Assembly (NCBI GenBank): GCA_030603885.1
Contig: JAUVWW010000003.1
Span: 13,223 to 77,222 of the forward strand
Origin: a bacterium
Lineage (GTDB): Bacteria; Patescibacteriota; JABMPQ01; JAUVWW01
Direction: 5' to 3'
DNA length: 64,000 bases
A model generated the notes under the pieces. It was not told the origin of the DNA. It was given only the letters and a program-made list of their open reading frames with translations, and made no database searches. The translations under genes were made by a program, and so were the position numbers. This document shows positions 38,560 to 48,663 of this stretch, one piece after another; positions within the stretch are counted from its first letter, which is position 1; every line of letters begins with the position of its first letter.

Positions 38560-40011
38560 CTAGTCTTTCTGGAGATAATGTTTTCGCCAGATTTTCTCTG
38601 TAAGTTTAGAGAAATCTTTGTCGTATTTGATTAAGCCCTCACGATAATTTTTATCCTTAAATGCTTGTCTTGAGGGTTCATCTACTCCTTGGGCACCACA
38701 ATTCTTTACAACTTCTCTGAACTTTTTGTGGTGGTCTCTAATAGGACAGGGCATAATCCAGTTTTGCTGCTCCCCTAGAGGTTTCTTATAGCCGTAGTCA
38801 TCCTGCCATTTCCTGATTTCTGAAAAGAATTTTGAACGAAAGACATCATTCAGATTTTTACCTTTTTTGTAGATATCATAAATATTATCTGTGGAATAGG
38901 GAAGGAAAACACAGGGCATAATATTTCCATTCCAGTCTATATAGAAGTATCCTCTTCCGGCTGCAATACAGCCATCAGTTAATGTTGCACTGTTCCAGAA
39001 ATCGGCAATGAAGATATCTCTTTCTCTGACAAGCTGCCATTCTTTTTTGAAAAGTTTGAGTCTTTGTTTGGGCGTGGGCATCAGGTCAAGAGTATATCCT
39101 CTTCCTATGGGCATATATTGAAACATCCAGACATAAACAGCTTTTTGCTTTTCAAAATAGAAGTCAAAGAACTCTTCACTTAAGGGAATATCTATGTTAT
39201 CCCTCATCACGGTGAATGAGATACCAAAAGGGACTCCTACTTCTCTAAGGTTTTCCATGGCAGAAAGGATTTTTTTGAAAACCCCTTTACCTCTTCTTTC
39301 ATCTGTCTCTTTCTTGAATCCTTCAACGGAGATAGCTGGTGTAACATTACCCAGGTCTGCTAAGCGCTTGGCCATCTTTTTATTTATCAGAGTGCCATTG
39401 GTATACATGAGAAAATAACAATCACTATTTTCTTCATATATATCAAGAATGCTTTTACCTTTGCTTTGATAGAGGAGCGGTTCACCACCTGAGATGACAA
39501 AGAAACTTGAGCCCCAGAGCTTTTTGGCGTCGTTTATAACCTTGGAGAAGATATCATAATCCAGTTTTTCAGAGAATTCCTTGCCAGAATCGGCATAGCA
39601 TCCCTTGCATTTGAGATTGCAGGCTTTCCCCGGGCTGATGGTGAGAAAAACAGGAGGCCTAAAACCATGCTTCTTGATAAATTCTGCCCTTTTATAAAAT
39701 CCACCGAAGAAGACGCTCCCCAGGAAGACAGAGAATAGTCCTTCTGTTACTTTTCTGGAGAGATTTCCTTCTGTGAATGCCTTGTCTATCCTTCTTAAAA
39801 GAGCTCTACCCATATAATATTTATCCTCCTGGACCCTAAGGGGTCTGTTGCGAGGATTGGCTTTAATAAGGTCTTCATACCTTCTTTTTTCCAGCTGTCT
39901 CAAGATAAGCTTTCTTAGTGTCCTGTTTCTAATTGCAACATGGGTAAGTTTCAAGAGGGTTTTAATAGAGATCTTTTTTGAGACATTAGTAACTGCGGTT
40001 GTAACCGACAT
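38560..40011 (-). CDS. Radical SAM protein with C-terminal SPASM/twitch-like Cys cluster and ~100-aa N-terminal extension
   Basis: ORF 483 aa with a CNLKCKGC (CxxxCxxC) motif and a later CIAAGRGYFYIDWNGNIMPC region. Confidence 0.75.
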   Translation of the reverse strand: MSVTTAVTNVSKKISIKTLLKLTHVAIRNRTLRKLILRQLEKRRYEDLIKANPRNRPLRVQEDKYYMGRALLRRIDKAFTEGNLSRKVTEGLFSVFLGSVFFGGFYKRAEFIKKHGFRPPVFLTISPGKACNLKCKGCYADSGKEFSEKLDYDIFSKVINDAKKLWGSSFFVISGGEPLLYQSKGKSILDIYEENSDCYFLMYTNGTLINKKMAKRLADLGNVTPAISVEGFKKETDERRGKGVFKKILSAMENLREVGVPFGISFTVMRDNIDIPLSEEFFDFYFEKQKAVYVWMFQYMPIGRGYTLDLMPTPKQRLKLFKKEWQLVRERDIFIADFWNSATLTDGCIAAGRGYFYIDWNGNIMPCVFLPYSTDNIYDIYKKGKNLNDVFRSKFFSEIRKWQDDYGYKKPLGEQQNWIMPCPIRDHHKKFREVVKNCGAQGVDEPSRQAFKDKNYREGLIKYDKDFSKLTEKIWRKHYLQKD

Positions 40012-40127
40012 ATTTTTTCTTTATTAAGTTTTATTACTTTTTTTATTTAATAAATGTATTTATAATGGTAGACAATAAAAAAAAGAGTGTCAAGTGTAAT
40101 GTGTTCAGCTAGGATTGGTAAACGACA

Positions 40128-40201
40128 GTGCCCTCGAGAGGACTCGAACCTCTAATCTTGGGAACCGCAATCCCACGTTCTATCCAGTTGAACTACGAGG
40201 G
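40128..40201 (-). tRNA. tRNA-Arg, anticodon read as GCG from the fold
   Basis: Manual fold. Acceptor GCCCTCG/CGAGGGC. Anticodon stem TGGGA/TCCCA with loop TTGCGGT. Its arms are nearly identical to those of tRNA-Arg(TCT) at 5532-5603. Confidence 0.65.
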
Positions 40202-40269
40202 CCTAAAAATGAAAAATTAAAAACTTGTGGTGAGCAAGGTCGAACCATAACAATGCAAAATGTAAAAAT

Positions 40270-40755
40270 TTACAGTCCCAGTGTTCTAGCCAGTCTATCA
40301 ATTCCTCCTTCTTCACGAGTTACATCCTCTGCTAGATATTTTAATAAGATTTCTCTAATTTTTAAAGGATTTTGGTCTTCTAGCTGAATGACTAAATTGG
40401 GACGAATGCCTCTTTGGTCGAAGTTTAAAGTCTTTACTTCCCCATGAGGTTTATAAATAATCCAGAATTTTGCTAGATCTTCATCATAGGAATAGAGTCG
40501 GTCATTGATTTTGACACCATCAGGAGTGATGACTATATTTATCATCTCTGACTTTCTTTGACTAAGCATATAAATTACTACTGCCCCCATAGGCACGATT
40601 AAAGTGAAAAGATAATTTTTAGTAAAAATAGACCAGACAATAAGCAAACCTGAAAGAGCAAAAAGTCCAATATACCAGGCACCACTTTTTTCAGAGTGAG
40701 TATATTCTGATGCCTGCCAGGAGGCAAGAGGTTTTTCTTTTTCTCCATTGGGCAT
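40270..40755 (-). CDS. Hypothetical membrane protein (two TM helices then a beta-rich domain, bPH-like)
   Basis: ORF 161 aa. Confidence 0.4.
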   Translation of the reverse strand: MPNGEKEKPLASWQASEYTHSEKSGAWYIGLFALSGLLIVWSIFTKNYLFTLIVPMGAVVIYMLSQRKSEMINIVITPDGVKINDRLYSYDEDLAKFWIIYKPHGEVKTLNFDQRGIRPNLVIQLEDQNPLKIREILLKYLAEDVTREEGGIDRLARTLGL

Positions 40756-40780
40756 AAGTTTGAATTATGAATTATAAATA

Positions 40781-40870
40781 TGGCGGTGGGAGCAGGATTC
40801 GAACCTGCGGCCCCCTTACGGAGACAATGGTTTTCAAGACCATCCCTTTAAACCACTCAGGCATCCCACC
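40781..40870 (-). tRNA. tRNA-Ser (anticodon TGA), CCA encoded
   Basis: Manual fold. Long variable arm. Anticodon stem ATGGT/ACCAT with loop CTTGAAA. Confidence 0.75.
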
Positions 40871-40871
40871 A

Positions 40872-40961
40872 TGGCGGAGAGGGCGGGATTCGAACCCGCG
40901 AGCCGGAAAAATCCGACATGGTTTAGCAAACCATTGCCTTAAACCACTTGGCTACCTCTCC
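40872..40961 (-). tRNA. tRNA-Ser (anticodon GCT), CCA encoded
   Basis: Manual fold. Long variable arm. Loop TTGCTAA. Adjacent to tRNA-Ser(TGA) with a 1-nt spacer. Confidence 0.75.
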
Positions 40962-41028
40962 TTTATTTCATTATCTCTTATTTATTATAAAAAGTCAATA
41001 CTAGTAAGCAGCTGACAGCTGACTGCTG

Positions 41029-41814
41029 TCATTGTACTCTTGCCAGAACCAGTCCCCAGATTTCTTTTGGTTTAGCTTGGTATAAGGCTTTAGCACATTC
41101 TTCTAAGGTAGCAGAAGTAGTACAGACATCATCTATCAAAATAATAGTCTTGTCTTTGACTACTTTGGGATTAGTACACTGGAAAGCATTTTTAATATTT
41201 TTGCGTCGCACCAAGTGTGATTTTATCTGCATTTGGGGTTGGGTATGTTTTGAGCGGACAAGAATATCTTGTCTAGTTGGTATCTTTAATTGATTGTTAA
41301 GCCAATAAGATAACTCTTGAGCCTGATTAAATCCTCGCCATTTTAGACGCTTGGTGTGAAGTGGAACAGGGATATACACTAATTTATTTGCCAATATTTG
41401 TGAATCTAGAAGATTCGAATTTAAGGTTTTTACCAAAATTTTAGATAAAGGTTTAGCCAAGTCTTTCACAAATTTATATTTCATAGTATGGATAGATTTT
41501 TGTAGAAGTTTGTCATCATAAGAAGCAGCTACCATAATTCCAGTCATTCTTGATTTGAAAGAACATTCAGCACAAAATTTTCCATATTTAGATGGTTTAC
41601 CACATTTGGGACAAGTTGGATTTTTTATTAACTCGATGGTGGCCAGACAATCACCACAGATCCATTTCCCTTCTTTGCCACAGCTAAGACAGCGGACAGG
41701 GAAGAGAATATCCAGAATGAATTTATAGATTTTTTGTATTTGTTTTTTTAGACTAGGCATTGTATATTGTATAATACAGCTTAAACTAAGCAAATGCAAC
41801 AACAAAAAGATCAA
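41029..41814 (-). CDS. comFC: ComF-family competence protein (zinc-ribbon N-terminus plus phosphoribosyltransferase domain)
   Basis: ORF 261 aa with CLSCG...CGDC and CPKCGK...CAEC motifs and the PRTase motif IILIDDVCTTSATL. Confidence 0.7.
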   Translation of the reverse strand: MIFLLLHLLSLSCIIQYTMPSLKKQIQKIYKFILDILFPVRCLSCGKEGKWICGDCLATIELIKNPTCPKCGKPSKYGKFCAECSFKSRMTGIMVAASYDDKLLQKSIHTMKYKFVKDLAKPLSKILVKTLNSNLLDSQILANKLVYIPVPLHTKRLKWRGFNQAQELSYWLNNQLKIPTRQDILVRSKHTQPQMQIKSHLVRRKNIKNAFQCTNPKVVKDKTIILIDDVCTTSATLEECAKALYQAKPKEIWGLVLARVQ

Positions 41815-42270
41815 GAAAAAGAAGCTTACAATTTTGTCTTAAAACTAATAGGGGTTCATCTGAGAACTATTTTTGAGATAGAAAATAAATTAAAAGATAA
41901 AAATTTTTCTCAGAATATTATTGATCAAACCATTGTCTTGCTAAAAGATCAAGGCTATCTAAATGATAAACAATATGCTAAAGCTTGGATTGAGGAAAGA
42001 ATAAGAAATAGACCCTCGGGCCGAGCTTTATGCTGGAAAAAATTAAGAGAAAAGGGAATAGAAAAAGATATTATAGATAAGATTCTAGGCCAGATATTAG
42101 ATGAGAAAAAAGAGATTAAGCTAGCTTTAAAATTAGCTCAAAATAAAAAAGCCGAGCTTAAAGCTCGGAAAGTCCACTGGAAGAAAATTCCAGGCAAAAT
42201 AGGTTTCTTTTTACAGTCAAGAGGATTCCCAACAAATATTATTATTGAGGTGCTGGAACAGCTAAAATAA
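41794..42270 (+). CDS. recX: RecX-family recombination regulator
   Basis: ORF 158 aa with RecX helical repeats (YLNDKQYAKAWIEERIR...). Confidence 0.7.
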   Translation: MQQQKDQEKEAYNFVLKLIGVHLRTIFEIENKLKDKNFSQNIIDQTIVLLKDQGYLNDKQYAKAWIEERIRNRPSGRALCWKKLREKGIEKDIIDKILGQILDEKKEIKLALKLAQNKKAELKARKVHWKKIPGKIGFFLQSRGFPTNIIIEVLEQLK

Positions 42271-42283
42271 AATTCAAATCAGT

Positions 42284-42811
42284 TTAGAATATTTCTGAAA
42301 TCTGAACTTCAAGAGCTTCAAATTCTTCTTTGCCAATAATGTCTTCTTGAGCTGTAGCAGAAATAGACATTCCTTCCTTAATATCTTCGAATTTCATCTT
42401 CTCTCTTTTAAATGGTTCAGGAGGAACAGATTCTTCTCCTTCTTTAGGTGCAGCCATCTCTTCTGGGGGAACCATGGTCATCTTAAAGATCTTAGTGCTG
42501 TCTGTAACTTTTACTTTTAAAGTTGTCTCTTGTCCCATCTCTAGAATCTCAGTTGTGGGCTTAGCTCCTTTGACATATAAAGTTTTTCCTTCAATCTTTT
42601 CTACTGTTCCAGAGAAATATGTTTGCTCTTCAGGCATAGGAGGCATAAAGGTAGAAACCGTCTCTTCGTATTTAGCTTTAGTCTCTTGTTCTGCTTTCTT
42701 GTAGCCATATGTCCAGCCAAAATAGGCTGAGGCAGCAAGAGCACAAAGAACAATAATGATAACGACTACTAGTAAAAGAGGCTTTGGGGTTGGTTTTACT
42801 TCTTCTTGCAT
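42284..42811 (-). CDS. Hypothetical single-TM protein
   Basis: ORF 175 aa. Confidence 0.4.
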   Translation of the reverse strand: MQEEVKPTPKPLLLVVVIIIVLCALAASAYFGWTYGYKKAEQETKAKYEETVSTFMPPMPEEQTYFSGTVEKIEGKTLYVKGAKPTTEILEMGQETTLKVKVTDSTKIFKMTMVPPEEMAAPKEGEESVPPEPFKREKMKFEDIKEGMSISATAQEDIIGKEEFEALEVQISEIF

Positions 42812-42875
42812 AGATTTTTTGATTAGGGATTAGTTTTCTAAAAAAAGTATACCTTATTTATAAATAAAAGCAACC

Positions 42876-42884
42876 TGTGGATAA
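42876..42884 (+). promoter_or_regulatory. Isolated perfect DnaA-box 9-mer (TGTGGATAA)
   Basis: Exact match, upstream of ORF 42963. Confidence 0.2.
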
Positions 42885-42962
42885 CTTATGATCCAGTTTT
42901 TGACTTTAGGTTTTAAATATGATAAAATAAAACAAAATTAACATAATACAAAACATAAAATT

Positions 42963-44624
42963 ATGCCCAAAGAAAAACTCAATGGAAGACGTCTGATCAT
43001 TATTATTGTTATTGTACTAATCGTGCTTTTTGGTGTCTGGTATTTTTTAAACCAAAGATCCAAAAGAGCCGAGGTTGAAGTCTGGGGAACATCTGCCCAT
43101 GCTGTCACCGCCCAAATAGAAAACTCCTTGCTTGATCTAAAAGAAAAACTAGGGGGAAGGCTAACCATAGATATACATTTAGTTTGTGCCAAAGACGAAG
43201 AAGGCCAATTTCAAAGTTATGCTCAGGTAGCCCAGAGACCGGAGATAGGAAGGTTGGATATTGAAGAAAATAAGCGACAACTAGTCATTAAAAAATATTG
43301 GCCAAGTGAATTTTGGAAATATATTTCAGTGAGGAATCAAGGACAGAATATATATGATCTGGCTTGGGAAAAATATGTTCTTTATGCTGGGCTAGACAAG
43401 GATAAAGTTTCTGAAAAGGTTGAGCAAGAAGGGGATGAGCTTTTGTCTAAAGAGATCGAAGATTTTGAAAAAGTTAAAACAAGTTTTAAAGAAAAATATG
43501 GACAGGAGCTAGCCGTGGTTCCTGTTGTTTTAATAAATGGTCAGTTTTATGAAGGCTCTCCAGATACTATGTCCCTGGCAGCTGCCATTGCCAAGCCAAT
43601 TCTTCGGGGAAAAAGAGCTTCCCTGCCTGTGACTCCTAAAATTGAGCTATTTCGAGGCTTGATTACCTTTTCCTGGCCAATTAGTTACTCTACAAATGGC
43701 CTAGTTGAGTGTTATGCTCCTTTAGATTGCAATGACAAGTCAGACAAAAATGGAGAATGTGTAGAGGTGGGAACTTCAAAAGCCCACTGTGTTTACACTG
43801 AGCCTGTTCAGGTGGGTTTGACTGTTTTGACTTCAAAAGATTGTCTCTCTTGTAATACTGATTTGATAGTTAACCAGCTCAAGAGAGATTTTAAAGGGCT
43901 AAAATCCCAGGAGATTGATGTTGGTACGGCCGAAGGAAAGGCTTTGGCCGAAGGTTTGGGAATAACCAGTCTCCCTGCCTATATCTTTGAGCCCAATGTT
44001 CAGCAAGCTCAAGCTTTTCAGTATTATTCTCAAAATCAAGTACTTCAGCCTATAGGCCAGGCAGGGCAAATGACCCTAGCCCAGGTTCAACCTCAGGTAC
44101 TGCTTAGTCGAGAGAAAAAGGAAAAGACCATGGATTTGTGGATTATGAGCTATTGTCCTTATGGGACTTTAGCTGAAAATAAAATGATCAATCATTTAAA
44201 AAAGAAACCAGAATCCTTTACTCTAGACATTCGCTATATTGTCTCTCTTGACGAGGAAGGAAAGATAACTTCTTTACACGAAGACAAAGAGATTGAGGAA
44301 AACAAGAGACAGCTTGTGATTAAAAAATATTATAGCGATAAATTCTTTGATTATTTATTAAAGAGAAATGAGAACCTAGAAGGAAATTGGGAAGAGGTAG
44401 CCACTGGACTAGAAATTAATGTGGTTGATGTAAAGGCCAAAGTGGCTCAAGAAGGAGAAAGCTTACTTAAAGAAGAAGCCAATCTAGCTTCCGAACTTAG
44501 CATTACTGCTTCACCAACTTATTTCTGGGAAAATCAGCAGTTTGTTAATGCTCAAGATTTGACAAAGATAGATGTCTTTTCTGATCTAGAGGAAAAAGAA
44601 CAAGCAAGTGGATCCTGCCAATAA
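42963..44624 (+). CDS. Membrane-anchored protein with internal duplication (IEENKRQLVIKKYW/Y...) and CxxC/CPYG thioredoxin-like motifs
   Basis: ORF 553 aa. The two halves share the motif IEENKRQLVIKKY. Confidence 0.4.
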   Translation: MPKEKLNGRRLIIIIVIVLIVLFGVWYFLNQRSKRAEVEVWGTSAHAVTAQIENSLLDLKEKLGGRLTIDIHLVCAKDEEGQFQSYAQVAQRPEIGRLDIEENKRQLVIKKYWPSEFWKYISVRNQGQNIYDLAWEKYVLYAGLDKDKVSEKVEQEGDELLSKEIEDFEKVKTSFKEKYGQELAVVPVVLINGQFYEGSPDTMSLAAAIAKPILRGKRASLPVTPKIELFRGLITFSWPISYSTNGLVECYAPLDCNDKSDKNGECVEVGTSKAHCVYTEPVQVGLTVLTSKDCLSCNTDLIVNQLKRDFKGLKSQEIDVGTAEGKALAEGLGITSLPAYIFEPNVQQAQAFQYYSQNQVLQPIGQAGQMTLAQVQPQVLLSREKKEKTMDLWIMSYCPYGTLAENKMINHLKKKPESFTLDIRYIVSLDEEGKITSLHEDKEIEENKRQLVIKKYYSDKFFDYLLKRNENLEGNWEEVATGLEINVVDVKAKVAQEGESLLKEEANLASELSITASPTYFWENQQFVNAQDLTKIDVFSDLEEKEQASGSCQ

Positions 44625-44633
44625 AAATTAAAA

Positions 44634-46838
44634 ATGAAAAATTCAAAAATAAAATATATTCTTTTAACTTTTGCCTTGATTCTAATCTGTAGTCTTTTCT
44701 TTTTCTTAAAATCCGAGACAGCAAAGGCTGGCTATGAGCATAATGTTTGGCAATGGGTTTGGTCTCAAAATATAGGTTGGTTTAGTTTAAATAATATTAA
44801 TGCCTGTCCTGAACCTACCTGTGAAGACTATGGAGTAAATGCAACAGATGGGAAGATTTGGGGGTGGGCTTGGTCTCAATATACTGGATATATATGTTTT
44901 GGAAAGACATGCAAAGAGGTAGACTGGGACGGAGATGGAAATACTTGTAGCACCCCTAGTCCAAACACAGACGATGATTGTAAGCCACCAGATTCTAGTG
45001 AACTAGAAATAATATACGAAACTCCACCTCCGCCCAATAATATTTCCAAAGTAACCCAGGGTTGGGCTAGAATAATGAATCTAGGTCAATATGGAAATCA
45101 AGAATTTGGACAGAATGACTGGGGATGGATTCATTTATCTAATATTCCTACTTATTGGGTCCAGGTAAACACAGTTACTGCTCAGCTTCAAGGTTGGGCT
45201 TGGTCGGGAAATGGTTCGGATGCTCTTGGGAACGAAGTGGAAGGCTCAGGCTATGGTTGGATTGCTTTTACTTTTAGGTTGCCCACGCCAGCCACTATAG
45301 AAGGGAAAGTCACTGATTTTTATACTGAAGAGCCTATAGAAGGAGCAATTGTATTTACGGATAAAGGAGGATTTACAACTACTACCGAATCAGATGGATC
45401 CTATGAACTTCCTGTGATTAGAGACGATTATTTTGTTAATGCTGTAGCCACTGGATATGCCAAGAAAGGAAGAAGGGTATGTAAAGAACCTGACCCATGT
45501 CCAGTGGAGGAGTTTTTTACTGCTGACGATGGTACAGTTTCTGGAGTAGATTTAGGATTAGAAACTGCTGTAGTGGGAGATAAGACAATTTCTGGAGTAG
45601 TTTATGAAGATTTGAATGGAAATGAGATTTATGATTCAGGTGAAGAGATAAGTCCATCTCCACCGGATGTATATGTTATTGTTTGGACAGATCACGGAGG
45701 CTATTCTACCCTTGATGTAGGAAGAGATTGTGATGGAAATTTAGTTCCTGGAGCTTATTGTCTTAAAGATGTAGTAGCAGATTATTATAAAGTCTATGCT
45801 TCAGCCACTGGTTATAGTCAAAACTGGCAGCCAGGGGATGTAAGGGAAAATAATGCTACAAATGTCAATATTCCTCTTTCCAAAACCGGTCCTGGACCAA
45901 CTAAGGCTACTAGTTGGATTCATACCTGGTGGAGCGATGTTCATAGTAACAAAATTATTGAAGGTAGCGTCTCTCCTAACACAGCTTTATATGGAAACGC
46001 TACTTATATAATTACGGCCGAAGGGACCATTGTAAATTTCTTTAGCTGGGCTCAAGGGATATCTGGAGATCCTGGAGAACAGTTAAAAGAATGGGTTTCT
46101 GAATATTATGGAGCTTTAGGATATACAGGTACTCCGGGCGGAGTATTTGATCCTATTGATATTGATAAATTAAAAGGTGAGGCTGAGGAAATTACTTCTT
46201 CCTCAATAAGTGCTAGTGATTTAGTAAATGATGATTTCAATGTTCCAAAAGTATGGAGATATGATGGAGATTTAGAAATTACAGGAGGAGAATTTGGAGC
46301 AGGAGCAAAAACCGTCATTGTTGATGGTGGTGATTTAGTTTTAAATCCTGGATCCGATGGTATTGTTTATGAATCAAATACTTTTTCCGATCAGCAACTT
46401 CCTTCAGTGGGATTTATAGTCAGAAATGGAAATGTAAAAATCCAATCAACTCAAGAAGATCCTAATGACGGCACAGGAGAACAAGAAAATATAGTAGGAG
46501 CATTTTATGTAGAAGGTGATCCATTAGCATCTACTCCCACAGGAATAATTTATACCCGATGTCCAGGAGGAATCTGTGCTCCTCCTGGAGAACCAGAACT
46601 TAATCGAGATAGACATCTTGTTTGTGAAGGATTAATGGTAGCTAGGAAATTAGAATTTCAAAGATCCACTTCTTTGGAACCCTGGATAGCATACAAGGGA
46701 GATGGAACTTCGATTAGTTCTTATCCAGAGGGAAATGCTCCTTCCGAAGTCATTTGGTACGACTCCCGTGTCGTCATCAACACCCCCAAAGGATTTGAGG
46801 ATTTTGTGAAAGCATTGCCCGCTTGGGAGGAGCGTTAG
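44634..46838 (+). CDS. Large secreted protein with carboxypeptidase-regulatory-like beta-sandwich domain(s)
   Basis: ORF 734 aa with a signal peptide and a GKVTDFYTEEPIEGAIVF..SDGSYEL motif. Confidence 0.45.
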   Translation: MKNSKIKYILLTFALILICSLFFFLKSETAKAGYEHNVWQWVWSQNIGWFSLNNINACPEPTCEDYGVNATDGKIWGWAWSQYTGYICFGKTCKEVDWDGDGNTCSTPSPNTDDDCKPPDSSELEIIYETPPPPNNISKVTQGWARIMNLGQYGNQEFGQNDWGWIHLSNIPTYWVQVNTVTAQLQGWAWSGNGSDALGNEVEGSGYGWIAFTFRLPTPATIEGKVTDFYTEEPIEGAIVFTDKGGFTTTTESDGSYELPVIRDDYFVNAVATGYAKKGRRVCKEPDPCPVEEFFTADDGTVSGVDLGLETAVVGDKTISGVVYEDLNGNEIYDSGEEISPSPPDVYVIVWTDHGGYSTLDVGRDCDGNLVPGAYCLKDVVADYYKVYASATGYSQNWQPGDVRENNATNVNIPLSKTGPGPTKATSWIHTWWSDVHSNKIIEGSVSPNTALYGNATYIITAEGTIVNFFSWAQGISGDPGEQLKEWVSEYYGALGYTGTPGGVFDPIDIDKLKGEAEEITSSSISASDLVNDDFNVPKVWRYDGDLEITGGEFGAGAKTVIVDGGDLVLNPGSDGIVYESNTFSDQQLPSVGFIVRNGNVKIQSTQEDPNDGTGEQENIVGAFYVEGDPLASTPTGIIYTRCPGGICAPPGEPELNRDRHLVCEGLMVARKLEFQRSTSLEPWIAYKGDGTSISSYPEGNAPSEVIWYDSRVVINTPKGFEDFVKALPAWEER

Positions 46839-46904
46839 CCAATGAACTATCAAGCCATATATACACATTGACCTTTGATTTTATTCATGCTAAAATATAA
46901 ATAG

Positions 46905-47987
46905 ATGCCACTTTTTGGCCGACCAAAAAGATACTTAGGTATAGATATTGGGACAGCTTCCTTAAAAGTAGTAGAAATTGAGGATATAGGAAGAAGAGCC
47001 AAACTTTCTACTTATGGTTCAATAGATCTTCCTTTAGATATCATCAAATCAGGTGCTCGAGAGGTAATTGTTCGAGTATCTGATGCTCTAAAGGAGTTAA
47101 TAAGAAGAGCCGGAGTAACCACAGATAAGGCTACCTCAGCCCTTCCTGGATTTTCTGTTTTTACCACAGTGATTGAGCTTCCCAAAATGCCAGAGAAAGA
47201 GCTAGCTTCAGCTATCAGGTATGAGGCAGAAAAATATATTCCTTCACCTTTGGAGGAGACAGTTCTAGATTGGGAGATTGTGGGGGAGACAGAGGCAGAA
47301 ATAACTCCCAAAGAAGGCGAAGGGAGAAAAAAGGTGCTCATGTCCAGAATTCTTCTGACTGCTGCTTCAAAAAGCCTAGTTTCGCGATACACGGAGATCT
47401 TCAAAAATGCAGGACTAGATCTTGAGAGTCTTGAGACAGAAGCTGTGGCTCTAGTTAGATCTCTGGTTGGCGAAGATACAACTCCTTTGCTACTCATTGA
47501 CATGGGAGCTACTGCCACTGATATATGCCTAGTTGAAGATGCCTCGCCCAGGCTAACCCGGTCAATAGATATAGGAGGCAATGCCATTACTAGATCCATT
47601 GCCAAAAGCCTAAGTATTAAACCAGAGCGGGCTGAGCAATTTAAAAAAGATTTTGGTTTAAAGGGAGGACTAGCAGAGGGAGCCCTTGAAGAAAGGGTGC
47701 CTCAAGCCATAATAGCCATTTTAGACGACATTGTGAAAGAAATTAGACATGCTTGTAATTTATTCTATAATAAAGGTGGAAGAAGAATTGAAAAAGTGAT
47801 CCTAACTGGTGGAGGAGCCAAACTGACCGGACTTCCTGAATATCTAAATAGCCTTTTAGGTGTTAAAGTTCTTATAGGAAATCCTTGGGCGCGAGTTGAA
47901 TATCCTGAGGAGCTAAGACCTTTACTTTTAGAGCTTGGAGCGGACTTTGCCGCAGCCGTAGGGTTGGCCATGCGCAATATTTACTAA
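46905..47987 (+). CDS. pilM: Type IV pilus assembly protein PilM (actin-like ATPase fold)
   Basis: ORF 360 aa with LGIDIGTASLKVV. Confidence 0.8.
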   Translation: MPLFGRPKRYLGIDIGTASLKVVEIEDIGRRAKLSTYGSIDLPLDIIKSGAREVIVRVSDALKELIRRAGVTTDKATSALPGFSVFTTVIELPKMPEKELASAIRYEAEKYIPSPLEETVLDWEIVGETEAEITPKEGEGRKKVLMSRILLTAASKSLVSRYTEIFKNAGLDLESLETEAVALVRSLVGEDTTPLLLIDMGATATDICLVEDASPRLTRSIDIGGNAITRSIAKSLSIKPERAEQFKKDFGLKGGLAEGALEERVPQAIIAILDDIVKEIRHACNLFYNKGGRRIEKVILTGGGAKLTGLPEYLNSLLGVKVLIGNPWARVEYPEELRPLLLELGADFAAAVGLAMRNIY

Positions 47988-47997
47988 TTAGCTAACA

Positions 47998-48627
47998 TTG
48001 TTTCCAGGCCTCGGGTATGCCTGTGAGCATACGCGGCATACTACTCGGCCTTATAAATCTATGCCTATCATAGGCGTCGAGCCTGAAGAAGAAATAGAAA
48101 GACAAACAAAAAAAAGAACTGGTATGTTGACAGTGGTGTTGATTTTGGTGATTGTTATTGTTGCTGGGATTTGGTTTTGGCTTTATTATCTAGAAACCAA
48201 CTCTCGTGATCAATTACTTAGCCTAGATGCAAAAATTACAAGCTCAGAGGCACAAATTGAAGAAAAGAGGACTATGCAAGAGGAAGCACAAGTTTTACAG
48301 AAACAACTTAGTAGTCTAGATGCCTTGATTAAAAATCACATTTATTGGTCAAAGACATTTAAGGAAATAGAGAATAATACTTTGAAGAAAGCATACTTTA
48401 GTAGATTTACTGGTGATGCAGCGGGAAAGAAGATTGTCTTGTCTTGCCAAGTTCCTGATTTTACTTCGGCTGCCAAACAGCTTGTAGTTTTTAGAGAAGC
48501 TGAAAAATTTACGGATGTAGATATATCCTCAATTTCTATAAATGTCGAAGAAGGCAAAGCCTACATTGGCTTTGATGTAACCTTGAGCCTGGCAGATGAT
48601 TTATTGATACCATACCTAGAAAGGTAA
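47998..48627 (+). CDS. pilN: PilN-like pilus assembly protein (start probably at an internal Met)
   Basis: A TM helix and coiled coil, by position between pilM and pilO. Confidence 0.5.
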   Translation: MFPGLGYACEHTRHTTRPYKSMPIIGVEPEEEIERQTKKRTGMLTVVLILVIVIVAGIWFWLYYLETNSRDQLLSLDAKITSSEAQIEEKRTMQEEAQVLQKQLSSLDALIKNHIYWSKTFKEIENNTLKKAYFSRFTGDAAGKKIVLSCQVPDFTSAAKQLVVFREAEKFTDVDISSISINVEEGKAYIGFDVTLSLADDLLIPYLER

Positions 48628-48663
48628 GAGGTAAAAAACTTCTAACTTCTAACTTTTAATTTT

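Noticed and set aside
40767-41015. 82-aa plus-strand ORF
   Set aside because: It overlaps two well-folded tRNA-Ser genes on the opposite strand, so it is spurious.
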